Assembly: GCA_035291665.1 (NCBI GenBank)
Contig: DATDRP010000004.1
Location: forward strand, 22,272 to 86,271
Source of the DNA: Patescibacteria group bacterium
GTDB taxonomy: Bacteria > Patescibacteriota > Microgenomatia > UBA8517
Direction of reading: 5' to 3'
DNA: 64,000 nucleotides
Shown here: positions 55,385 through 64,000 of the stretch, piece by piece
Position numbering within the stretch: the first letter of the stretch is position 1
How the letters are laid out: each line of letters starts with the position of its first letter
The notes under the pieces: generated by a model
Database searches by the model: none
What the model saw: the letters and a program-made list of their open reading frames with translations, nothing else
What the model was told of the DNA's origin: nothing
Made by a program: the position numbers and the translations under genes

Positions 55385-56275
55385 ATGGCTGTAGAAAATA
55401 GCCGTTTCCTACAAACTATAGAAAGCCAAGCATTTGCTGTTCATGCTGATGTTGCGAAATTCTTAACTCTTTTTTTTATTTCAACGGGTGAAATTCCTTC
55501 ACCAAAAAGGATAAATCTGCTTTATAGTTTTGTTAAACTTTCCCTTGAACAGGGGAGTGGCGGTTTTGACGCGCTTGCTGACAAAGTAGCTTTATCGGGT
55601 TCTTCACATTCAGTTATTACAAAAACTTACTGGCAGGATAGGCAAGTTGAAAGTTTTAAGGGAATTTTGGATAAAGCAAACTTTACATATTCATCGAAAA
55701 ATCAAATAACAGCTTCAAAAGAAGCAATGGCCTCATGGTGGAAAGTTTTTCATTACCACGAGTTGAATTCGAGAGGGGTTGAACCACCGTTTCCTTTGAG
55801 GGCTGAGTTTATATCTGAAGCCGAAGAAGATAATATCAGGTATCGTGAATCTACAAACGGGAGTTATGTGAACGCTATGCTTGGGATTGTGCGGCCTGCA
55901 ACGGATGAAAAAATAAAAAAAGAGAATGAGAAAATATTGAATGGAGTAATGAAGCCGGTGTTAATGGCTTATCAGGCAGTAACAGACGGCACGCAACTGG
56001 ATTTGGAATGTCAGAAACAAAAACCCTGTCTGATAAATTTAAATGAAGCCGGATTAGAAGGATTAAGTAAACCCCAAAGATTGGAGAGGTTGAAGAGTTT
56101 AATCCAACATGAAGTCAAAAGATATTTGGTGGATTTGGAATTTCCTATGAAAATTTTTGGAATGGGAATGAGAAAAAAATTTACTGGATTTGCGATTAAT
56201 CTTAATTTAATACTGGAAATGACGAAATATCAGGAAAATGGATTCAAGAAGGAACGTTACCCTCAGATGGTTTGA
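55385..56275 (+). CDS. hypothetical protein
   Basis: 296-aa ORF with no recognised family. Confidence 0.45.
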   Translation: MAVENSRFLQTIESQAFAVHADVAKFLTLFFISTGEIPSPKRINLLYSFVKLSLEQGSGGFDALADKVALSGSSHSVITKTYWQDRQVESFKGILDKANFTYSSKNQITASKEAMASWWKVFHYHELNSRGVEPPFPLRAEFISEAEEDNIRYRESTNGSYVNAMLGIVRPATDEKIKKENEKILNGVMKPVLMAYQAVTDGTQLDLECQKQKPCLINLNEAGLEGLSKPQRLERLKSLIQHEVKRYLVDLEFPMKIFGMGMRKKFTGFAINLNLILEMTKYQENGFKKERYPQMV

Positions 56276-56468
56276 TATATCTCAAAGTTATGTCTATTTG
56301 TCCTTCATTTTTAATATAAATCCCTATTGACAAGAAGTGTTTGTCTTTGATACCTTGTGTATAGGATAAATAGATTAAAGTAGTAGATCAGGCACAAAAC
56401 TAGTACTAAATAGTAGTAAATGTATAGCGTAACATCTTAGTATCCTATATACTCGAAATTTTTGAAAT

Positions 56469-56681
56469 ATGGCCGAGCCAAAGAAAAAAATAAAACTTGA
56501 TGAACTTCCGGACCTTCTTACCGTTAGGGAGGTTGCTGACATACTTCGGGTTTCACCTCTAACAATTAAAAGATGGGGAAAGCGTGGAAAATTACCGGCA
56601 ATAAGAATCAACTCCAGAGGGGATCGGAGATATAAAAAAGAAGCCGTATTGTGGCTTTTAGGCATCCAAGAGAAAGAATAA
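56469..56681 (+). CDS. excisionase/MerR-like helix-turn-helix DNA-binding protein
   Basis: The segment LTVREVADILRVSPLTIKRWGKRGKLPAIRI matches the HTH_17/excisionase family pattern. Confidence 0.55.
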   Translation: MAEPKKKIKLDELPDLLTVREVADILRVSPLTIKRWGKRGKLPAIRINSRGDRRYKKEAVLWLLGIQEKE

Positions 56682-56815
56682 GGATAGCTTTTCAAAACAA
56701 CCTCAGATATTAATTTAGTATTCTTGCCCCGCAAAATCGCTCTTTCGACGTAAACGCGAAGCATTTGAGAGAAAGTAAGATATTTTCTTACGTACAAGAA
56801 CAGTCCTTGCAACAA

Positions 56816-57514
56816 TTAAAGTAAAAATTTCTGAATGATTCCTTTTGCCAATATAATGATTGTCTTATAGAGAATTTTGATGTCGTCTGAAATTGTTCCC
56901 GAATTGATATATTTTTTATCGAGCTCCATCCATTCGGAAAAACTCATACTGTGAGCGCCTGAGACGACCCAGGAACTGGTGATCCCCGGTTTGACCAGTC
57001 TTCGTACTTTATGAACATTTTTAAGCTTGTTCTCTTCGTCAACCGGCAATGGGCGCGGGCCGACTATGCTCATTTCACCTTTGAGTACATTCCAAAGCTG
57101 CGGAATTTCATCAAGTCCTGTTTGAAATAAAATTTTTCCAATCGGTGTCAAGCGGGGATCGTTTCTGATTTTGAATACAGGTCCATCAGCTTCGTTGAGC
57201 TTTTTAAATTTTACTTGAAGCTTATGGGAGCCTTCTTTCATGGTACGGAACTTGAACATCCTGAAATTTTTGCCGTTTTTTCCAACCCTTTCCTGAATAA
57301 AAATTACGGGTCCGCCGTTTGCGAGCTTGAGAAGCAGGAAAATAATTAAATTAGGAGGCAGTAAAATAATCAGTCCCAGAATTGAAAGCGTCAGATCAAA
57401 AAGCCTTTTGCTCAAAGAAACATGATATAAACTAACGGTAGATTTGTTTGACATCACGTAAGTATAAATGCAGAAGCGCGTGGATGTGAAGAATTGAATG
57501 TAAATTGATTGCAA
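56816..57514 (-). CDS. bacterial sugar transferase (polyprenyl-phosphate hexose-1-phosphate transferase, WbaP/PglC family)
   Basis: N-terminal TM helix and the catalytic-domain motifs KLRTMK-like (FKFRTMK) and SIVGPRPLP. Confidence 0.85.
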   Translation of the reverse strand: MQSIYIQFFTSTRFCIYTYVMSNKSTVSLYHVSLSKRLFDLTLSILGLIILLPPNLIIFLLLKLANGGPVIFIQERVGKNGKNFRMFKFRTMKEGSHKLQVKFKKLNEADGPVFKIRNDPRLTPIGKILFQTGLDEIPQLWNVLKGEMSIVGPRPLPVDEENKLKNVHKVRRLVKPGITSSWVVSGAHSMSFSEWMELDKKYINSGTISDDIKILYKTIIILAKGIIQKFLL

Positions 57515-57576
57515 TAGATTACTAATATTCTCGCCAATAACTTTTCTATGAAGACTTAAATTAAGATTTAGTATCT

Positions 57577-57981
57577 CTAATGGATCAATTGACGGTTCAT
57601 GGGAATTACAGGAATATTAAAATCATCAAGATATTTCTCATCTGGATGCGCAACGAACCCCATTGAATTCCAGAATTTTATATCAATTGTTGCATCTTTC
57701 TTATTCGGGAGATAAGAAGCACGAACTTCAGCGAAATCTCCTCTTTGCAGCAATTTTATATACGACTCTACAAGCATCCTTCTATGATTTACATCTTTTG
57801 CTGAAGCTTCGACAATTGTTCCTGATTTCTCTGATACTGTTCCTATGAGATATCCAACCCTGTTCCCGTCAGTGTCATATACATGCAGAACTTGAATTTT
57901 TCCGTCTACATCCTGCACTACAATACGATCTTGATCAAGACCAATAATTTTACGATCTTTTGGTGACTCGCTGGCTGACAT
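57577..57981 (-). CDS. hypothetical protein
   Basis: 134-aa ORF with no confident family. Confidence 0.4.
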   Translation of the reverse strand: MSASESPKDRKIIGLDQDRIVVQDVDGKIQVLHVYDTDGNRVGYLIGTVSEKSGTIVEASAKDVNHRRMLVESYIKLLQRGDFAEVRASYLPNKKDATIDIKFWNSMGFVAHPDEKYLDDFNIPVIPMNRQLIH

Positions 57982-58167
57982 ATTATTAGCGCGACTTTAT
58001 CACAACTTAGTTTGTAAGACAACTTTTTACAATATCTTTTATGAAGAAGTAGTCGAAAAGACAACCAATTGAAGCTATTAAATTCAATAATTATTATTGA
58101 CAATTGAAACATTATAAAATAATAACGTTCTGCTTTGTGCGAGGAATAATAATTTTATTTAAAATAA

Positions 58168-59154
58168 GTGAAATATTCATATCATAAAAGATTGCCAAAA
58201 AAACACGGATTTGGGATGCACTTCTCAATAGTGATTCCAACACGGAACAGGTGTTTATTTTTGGAAAGTTTGTTGAAAAATATATCCCGACTTGAATATG
58301 ACAAAAATAAGATTGAGCTGATCGTTGTTGATAACAGGAGTATTGATGACACTCGAAAAATTGTAAAAATATTTATAAAAAATAATCCTAAGCTCACGAC
58401 TTATTATTTATATAAAGCAGAAATAGGACCATCGTATGCGAGAAACTCCGGTATTAAAAAAGCGAAATTTTCTCATGTTGTATGCATCGATGACGATGTT
58501 TTGATAGAAAAAGACCTTCTTTTGAGGCTTGCTTCGATATTTGAAAGACATCCGAAGGCAGCACTCGTGGGCGGAAAAAACATTGCCATATCGCCTTACA
58601 ACAAAAGATTAGAATATTTTATGAAGCTATTAAACAAAGATGTTTGGGTGTTTGCCCATACTGTACGGAAAGAAAAAAGCGTATCTGAACTTCAATATCC
58701 GGATATGCTTATGTCGGCTTGTATTTGCATAAATAGAAATGTTTTTGATGGTTTTTTTTCTGAAAATTTTGGCAGGGAATATGGAAATTTTATGATTTTT
58801 GCAGAAGATACGGAATTATGTTTCAGGTTAATCCTTGAAGGTAAAATTGTAATTTATGACCCATCACTGGTAAGCAAACATGTGATATCGGAAAATAAGC
58901 TTACCTTCAAATATATTTTAAAAAGATTTTATCAAACGGGGGTTGAGCAAAGAATTCTTGATGATATGTTATCGAAAAAAGGATTGAGTATGATCTTCCA
59001 AAAAAACTTATATGAAATATACGGATATGTAAAATTGGCTATGAAGCTAAAAAACATTGAATGTATTGTAGTATTAGCAAAAGAAATTACTCTTTTATTG
59101 GGATATAAATCATTGAGAGCCAAAGAAATATTAAAGGAAATTAATCTGCATTAG
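58168..59154 (+). CDS. glycosyltransferase family 2
   Basis: FSIVIPTRNR...ELIVVDNRSIDDT...DDDV (DxD), a GT-A fold signature. Confidence 0.8.
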   Translation: MKYSYHKRLPKKHGFGMHFSIVIPTRNRCLFLESLLKNISRLEYDKNKIELIVVDNRSIDDTRKIVKIFIKNNPKLTTYYLYKAEIGPSYARNSGIKKAKFSHVVCIDDDVLIEKDLLLRLASIFERHPKAALVGGKNIAISPYNKRLEYFMKLLNKDVWVFAHTVRKEKSVSELQYPDMLMSACICINRNVFDGFFSENFGREYGNFMIFAEDTELCFRLILEGKIVIYDPSLVSKHVISENKLTFKYILKRFYQTGVEQRILDDMLSKKGLSMIFQKNLYEIYGYVKLAMKLKNIECIVVLAKEITLLLGYKSLRAKEILKEINLH

Positions 59155-59182
59155 TTTCCGAATGTGTTTTTACCGTGGGAGT

Positions 59183-59902
59183 TTACAAAGTAAAACTGAA
59201 AAGTACAAGTTCAAAAAATCCTTGAAGAGCTCCATTGAATATTTTCAGACCATTTGTTTTTTTATGAGGATTTCTGTATTCAACCGGTATGTGGTGCAAA
59301 TTAATTTTATCCTTTGCAGCCAGTATTGAGAGATGTATATTCGGTGCAAAAACTTCAGTTTTCACTTTTGGAAGCAGCTTGCGAAGATATGAAGTCTTTA
59401 TCAATCGAAAAGGAATATTTGCATCTTTGATATGGACTCTGAAAGATAAAGTTATCCAGTATTTAATTACTGCGGTTAAAATTTTACGAAAAAACGGATC
59501 GTCTCTTCTTTCACGATGCCCCAAAATAAAAGGGGAGGTGTTTCTGACATCCCAAAGCTTGTAAAAATCACTTGGAGTGAAATGGCAATCCGAATCAGTC
59601 TGAAAAACCCAAAAATGTTTTGATTTTACTGCCAAATCATACCCGGACCTTATCGTTTTTCCATGACCTTCATTAATTTTATTGATAATTTTCAGGAATT
59701 TATATTTTTTCTTGAGTTTGCCAAGTAAATATTTTGTTTTATCTGTTGATCCGTCGTTGACCACAAGCATTTCCGAAAAAGGTAACGATTTTATAACCGG
59801 TGCCCAGGATGTGATACAGCGTGTAATATTTTTTTCTTCATTAAAAGCAGGGATTATGAATATTACAGTTTCTTTTCGTTTCAATTTTGTTATCCTATTC
59901 AC
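59183..59902 (-). CDS. glycosyltransferase family 2 (Dpm1/GtrB-like)
   Basis: IIPAFNEEKNI...LVVNDGSTDKT...QTDSDC, a GT-A fold. Confidence 0.8.
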   Translation of the reverse strand: MNRITKLKRKETVIFIIPAFNEEKNITRCITSWAPVIKSLPFSEMLVVNDGSTDKTKYLLGKLKKKYKFLKIINKINEGHGKTIRSGYDLAVKSKHFWVFQTDSDCHFTPSDFYKLWDVRNTSPFILGHRERRDDPFFRKILTAVIKYWITLSFRVHIKDANIPFRLIKTSYLRKLLPKVKTEVFAPNIHLSILAAKDKINLHHIPVEYRNPHKKTNGLKIFNGALQGFFELVLFSFTL

Positions 59903-59905
59903 AGA

Positions 59906-60724
59906 ATGAAATACAAAAAATCCTTTACGTCTTCAAGAATATACCAGCTTATTTCTAAAGAGAAGGTGGAATATCTGCGTTATTATTTTGATTTTTTATG
60001 GGCGATGACCGAAAAAGAAATTAAGGCCCGCTACAAAAAAGCTGTTTTCGGATTTTTATGGGTGATTCTTAATCCGATTTTACAAATGGTAGTGATAGGA
60101 TTAATTTTTTCTTATTTTATTAAAATTCCAAACTATTTCTTATTCTTGTTCTCGGGACTTCTGCCATGGCAATTTTTTTCCTTATCGCTTTCAAAAGCAA
60201 CTCCTTCAATTGTCTACGAGCGGACACTTCTACAAAAAGCCAGGTTTCCAATTGAAGCCATTCCACTCTCGTTGATTTTATCAAATTTTATCAATATGAT
60301 TATTTCATTTGTTCTCTTGATCATCGTATTATCTTTTTGGCAAAAAGTTATATTCCCTCAGATATTACTACTCATTCCTGCTTTATTATGGCTTTTAATT
60401 TTTACAATAGGATTATCGCTTCTGACGACCAGCTTGAATGTAAAGTGGAGAGATGTGAGTTTTTTTATACAAACTGTGCTTATATTATGGTTTTATGCAA
60501 CTCCCATTTTATATCATCTTTCTCTAATACCGCGAATCCTACATCCTGTCTTTAATTTGAACCCTTTAACTTCAGTTTTTGAGTTGGTGCACATCTCACT
60601 TATAAATCAGGGATTTTTAGATTTTCAAACTCTGCTACTTAATTTATTATTGACGATTATAGTACTTATTGCCGGGATACTGGTTTTTAGGAAAGAGAGT
60701 AAATATTTTAGCGATTGGCTATGA
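59906..60724 (+). CDS. ABC-2 type polysaccharide/teichoic-acid export permease (Wzm/TagG-like)
   Basis: The signature EIKARYKKAVFGFLWVILNPILQM and 6 TM segments. Confidence 0.85.
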   Translation: MKYKKSFTSSRIYQLISKEKVEYLRYYFDFLWAMTEKEIKARYKKAVFGFLWVILNPILQMVVIGLIFSYFIKIPNYFLFLFSGLLPWQFFSLSLSKATPSIVYERTLLQKARFPIEAIPLSLILSNFINMIISFVLLIIVLSFWQKVIFPQILLLIPALLWLLIFTIGLSLLTTSLNVKWRDVSFFIQTVLILWFYATPILYHLSLIPRILHPVFNLNPLTSVFELVHISLINQGFLDFQTLLLNLLLTIIVLIAGILVFRKESKYFSDWL

Positions 60725-61455
60725 GAAATTCTTATGTAATTGAAGTCAAAAATATTGGTAAAAAGTACATTCTGCACCACGAAAAACCCACTTTGGTTGA
60801 AAGTGTAATTGCAAAAAGTAAGAAGGAGGAATTTTGGGCATTAAGACATGTCAATTTGAATGTTAGAAAGGGCGAGCGAGTGGGTATAATTGGTTCAAAC
60901 GGTTCAGGAAAAACTACACTTCTTAGAATAATTGTAGGAATAACCAATCCAACAGAAGGCAGTGTAGAAACTTCTGGGAAAATAGTTTCACTTATTGATT
61001 TGGAGGCAGGTTTCCATCCTGAATTAACAGGAGAAGAAAATATTTATTTGAACGGAATGCTCGTTGGAATGTCAAAAAAGGAGATCGGTCTAAAATACAG
61101 AAAAATTATAAGTTTTTCCGGAATCGGTAAATTTATAGACACTCCGTATTATATGTATTCGTCCGGGATGAAATTAAGACTCGGTTTTTCTGTTGCAATA
61201 AATTCCGATCCGGAAATTTTGATATTGGATGAAAATATATCGGTAGGAGATCAGGAATTCAGAGAGGAATCGTTCAAGAAATTGAATGAACTATTCAGGA
61301 ACAAGAAGACAATAATAACAGTTTCGCATGACCTTTGGTTTATCAAAAACAGTTGCGACCGAATCATTTGGTTCGATAGAGGAATTATAAAAAAAGACAG
61401 TAGGGGAAAAGGTATTTTGCGCCAATATCAGGAGTATTCGAGTAGAAATAATTAA
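60715..61455 (+). CDS. ABC transporter ATP-binding protein (Wzt/TagH-like)
   Basis: Walker A GSNGSGKTTLL, the signature YSSGMKLRL and Walker B ILILDE. It overlaps the permease by 10 nt. Confidence 0.85.
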   Translation: MAMRNSYVIEVKNIGKKYILHHEKPTLVESVIAKSKKEEFWALRHVNLNVRKGERVGIIGSNGSGKTTLLRIIVGITNPTEGSVETSGKIVSLIDLEAGFHPELTGEENIYLNGMLVGMSKKEIGLKYRKIISFSGIGKFIDTPYYMYSSGMKLRLGFSVAINSDPEILILDENISVGDQEFREESFKKLNELFRNKKTIITVSHDLWFIKNSCDRIIWFDRGIIKKDSRGKGILRQYQEYSSRNN

Positions 61456-61514
61456 TCCTCCAATATTTGTCAAAATGGAATTAAGATCTACGTGTCCAAA
61501 TAAAATGAAATAAT

Positions 61515-62792
61515 TTATTTTTCAGTTCCGGAAATAATATGTGTGTTTGTCTTGTGAATCGGTTTTAGAAATTTCTGAATATTCGCTTTTGCTTTTTCGT
61601 AACTGTATTTTTCCTTTACGGTTATTATCGCACTAGAGGTTATTTTCTTAATCTCAGCTGAATTTAGATTTCGAACCTGTCTGAGTGAATTGAGAATTTC
61701 ATCCTGACCAGGAGATGTTAAAAAACCGTTTTTTCCATGCTTTATGATTTCCTTTCCGCCACCTTTATTGCTGGCTATAACGATAAATCCCATGGCCATA
61801 GCCTCGATGGTAGTAAGTCCGAATGGTTCATGTCTCGACGGAAAAACTGCAATTCCTTTAAGATTTGTCAATAATTCAATCAGGGTTTCTTTTTGGTCAA
61901 ACCTGGGAAAGACGAAAATTCGCTCAAAAATATTCTGTGGAATTTTTAGTGTGCCTAGAAATTGATCGAACGAAACCTTAGTATTGCGCACAAGAAAGTT
62001 GTTTTTTTTATCACCGATTAGAAACAATTTAATATTACGATCTTTTCTTGCTAACGTTGCGAATGCGCGGATTAATAAATCAACCCCTTTTCGATATTCC
62101 AAACGTCCAAAATGAATCAGGTTATTCGAATTTAATTTTTTGTAATTTATGTAAATATTTGGGTCAATAAAGTTAGGTAATATTGAAACATTTTCAGATA
62201 GTTGAGGAAATAATTTTGATACATAATCTTTTACATTTTTACTGCATGCGATGTATCTACCGGTCTTGAATTGAATAAATTTGTGCTCCAATAAGGATAG
62301 GAGTCGATCATCAGTATTTGGCCGATTATATTTATTGATAGAACTTTGTAAACCCTGCAGATATAAATAAGAAATGGGTTCTTTGTAAAAAAGTCTAATT
62401 AAGAATGCAGGAAAATCATATGAGGGGGAGTGAATTGCGTCAAATTTATATTTTTTATGATATTCACGGAAATATAATAATGAAAATACGTTCCAATCGA
62501 TTACGAATATTAGGTGTGGAATAAATCTCTTTAAAAAACTTCTTATTACCCCAAAAGGGATCCTGTAATATATAAAATTAAATATTTTATTTTCAGTTTT
62601 AAACGGTACATAAATGACGGTAAATTTGTCTTTGTTATCAATTTTGCGAAGAGTATCCGATGGGTTACAAGTAAATACAAAAACCTTATATCCCAGACTT
62701 GAAAGTATCTGAGCTAATCCCAAATTAAAAGTCGCAATTCCACCCCAATTAGTAAATGGAGGAAATTCGGGGGAAATAATTGCAATGTTCAT
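61515..62792 (-). CDS. glycosyltransferase family 4 (GT-B, group 1)
   Basis: C-terminal EPFGLTTIEAMAMGFIVIAS (EX7E motif region). Confidence 0.8.
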   Translation of the reverse strand: MNIAIISPEFPPFTNWGGIATFNLGLAQILSSLGYKVFVFTCNPSDTLRKIDNKDKFTVIYVPFKTENKIFNFIYYRIPFGVIRSFLKRFIPHLIFVIDWNVFSLLYFREYHKKYKFDAIHSPSYDFPAFLIRLFYKEPISYLYLQGLQSSINKYNRPNTDDRLLSLLEHKFIQFKTGRYIACSKNVKDYVSKLFPQLSENVSILPNFIDPNIYINYKKLNSNNLIHFGRLEYRKGVDLLIRAFATLARKDRNIKLFLIGDKKNNFLVRNTKVSFDQFLGTLKIPQNIFERIFVFPRFDQKETLIELLTNLKGIAVFPSRHEPFGLTTIEAMAMGFIVIASNKGGGKEIIKHGKNGFLTSPGQDEILNSLRQVRNLNSAEIKKITSSAIITVKEKYSYEKAKANIQKFLKPIHKTNTHIISGTEK

Positions 62793-62888
62793 TTTTTATT
62801 GAGTCCGACTGAATGGTTTCTCTTTTGATTTTTTATTCAAAATTAAAGATTTGACTGATAAGAGTTCAGTATTGCAGTGCATATTAAA

Positions 62889-63914
62889 TTAATTGATCAC
62901 CTTTACGATATCAGATACCTTTTTCTCCCAGCTATTGTTCTTAGCCAACAACTTTTGTTTTAATTGATAATTTCGAGGCCATGCATTAGACAATAACGAT
63001 TTGATTATATTTTCCCATTCTTTACTACTGTTACCGATTTTTACAAATCTTGGAAATCTTTTTAATTCTTTAATGGGGGTAGAAACAACAGGTATCCCGA
63101 TATAAAAATATTCAAACACTTTCATCGGATAACTATATTTATTAAAATTCATTGAAACATCGTAAGGTATGACTCCCATATCGAAATATTTAATTATTTC
63201 TTTTACAACCTTTTTGCTTGAAGTTCTTGGTATCATATAGACATTTTGTAAAGAAATTAATATTTTAATATTCTCTTCTAATTTTGTTTTTAGTTTATCT
63301 TCACCCGTCTGTTCAAAAGATTTAGTAAATACGAAAGAAATATGAGGTAGCCTGCGAATAGTGTTTATAAGAAGATCGTAATCCAATCTAAAATTCAAAT
63401 TTCCTATATAACCAACAATTGGCTTCGGAATTTTTTTAAATATTTGTTTTAACTTATCTAATTCTCCTTTTTCATAATTCGATGGAGTCTGGTTTTTTTG
63501 ATATGTATCCAAATCAAAACCCTGGGGTACAATAGATGTTGGGGTTTTTGTTTTGCGTTTAAGATTATAAAGTGTGTGCGAGTTAACAAAAAAATAATCA
63601 ACTTTTTTTATTAACCTTCTTTCTGATTCGTGAACTATTTTTGCGAGTTTATTATTCGAGGAGGTAAAAAAATCGACACAGTCATATAAAGTAATAGATT
63701 TGTTTTTCATAAAGTTAGCTAATAAATAATTTTGAAAGTCGAAATTCCAGATAATGGGCTTTTCAAAATGCAATCTTATCCAAGTCGCTAAAATAAAGCT
63801 ACTTATAAAAATATCAATAGAAGCTATTGTTTGATATCTATGAAATCTTAGTGGTGTTAGCCTGACAGGGTAGTGTACAAAAATTTGTGAACTCTTTTTT
63901 AACACTTCACTCAT
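62889..63914 (-). CDS. glycosyltransferase, group 1-like (GT-B)
   Basis: C-terminal FEYFYIGIPVVST-like block and the overall GT-B layout. This is a weaker match. Confidence 0.5.
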   Translation of the reverse strand: MSEVLKKSSQIFVHYPVRLTPLRFHRYQTIASIDIFISSFILATWIRLHFEKPIIWNFDFQNYLLANFMKNKSITLYDCVDFFTSSNNKLAKIVHESERRLIKKVDYFFVNSHTLYNLKRKTKTPTSIVPQGFDLDTYQKNQTPSNYEKGELDKLKQIFKKIPKPIVGYIGNLNFRLDYDLLINTIRRLPHISFVFTKSFEQTGEDKLKTKLEENIKILISLQNVYMIPRTSSKKVVKEIIKYFDMGVIPYDVSMNFNKYSYPMKVFEYFYIGIPVVSTPIKELKRFPRFVKIGNSSKEWENIIKSLLSNAWPRNYQLKQKLLAKNNSWEKKVSDIVKVIN

Positions 63915-64000
63915 AAATGTGGCTGAAAGTTTATGTTTCGGTTTACTCCTAAAGACCCACTTAGAGTTTTGTAACGGGATTATTATAACAATGTACCCCT

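Overview
This window is an AT-rich bacterial chromosomal segment. It encodes ordinary housekeeping genes, but several genes show the small size, lineage-specific insertions and split arrangements typical of reduced-genome (CPR/Patescibacteria-like) lineages.

Features in order:
- 1-7260: the 3' end of atpD and atpC; leuS with four in-frame insertions; comEA; a comEC split into a membrane-domain ORF and a metallo-beta-lactamase-domain ORF.
- 7260-13240: a tRNA-Arg(CCG) nested inside a second tRNA-like gene; argS; a P-type cation ATPase.
- 13361-20000: a block of hypothetical proteins, several of them Cys-rich.
- 20086-21357: an M16 peptidase.
- 21384-40897: a roughly 19.5-kb minus-strand cluster of ten secreted or anchored proteins, described below.
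- 41000-56700: an extended adenylate kinase; a GGDEF protein; tRNA-Pro(CGG) and tRNA-Arg(CCT); two RDD proteins; rsmI; mreB; a TagA/WecB transferase; a type-2 IPP isomerase.
- 56816-63914: a surface-polysaccharide locus with a priming sugar transferase, GT2 and GT4 glycosyltransferases and a Wzm/Wzt ABC exporter.

The main hunt result is the 21384-40897 cluster. Eight of its genes carry near-identical modules that match the type-I dockerin consensus, and a ninth (the 748-aa protein) carries a divergent one. The modules sit at the C-terminus in most genes and at the N-terminus in two. They are fused to GH5-like, SGNH/GDSL, LamG, PQQ beta-propeller, Fn3 and discoidin domains. The cluster also contains a TM-anchored protein with a cohesin-like domain, and a scaffoldin-like protein with a TM anchor, two cohesin-like domains, a discoidin domain and a divergent dockerin. 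I read this as a candidate cohesin-dockerin (cellulosome-like) surface complex.

Other hunt results:
- The dockerin cassettes are homogenised at the nucleotide level, and there is a segmental duplication that includes a promoter region.
- Short degenerate tandem repeats occur both between genes and in-frame inside leuS, argS and fni, and they share motifs.
- The nested tRNA arrangement, a tandem hairpin duplication, and direct repeats flanking a putative regulator gene are also reported.
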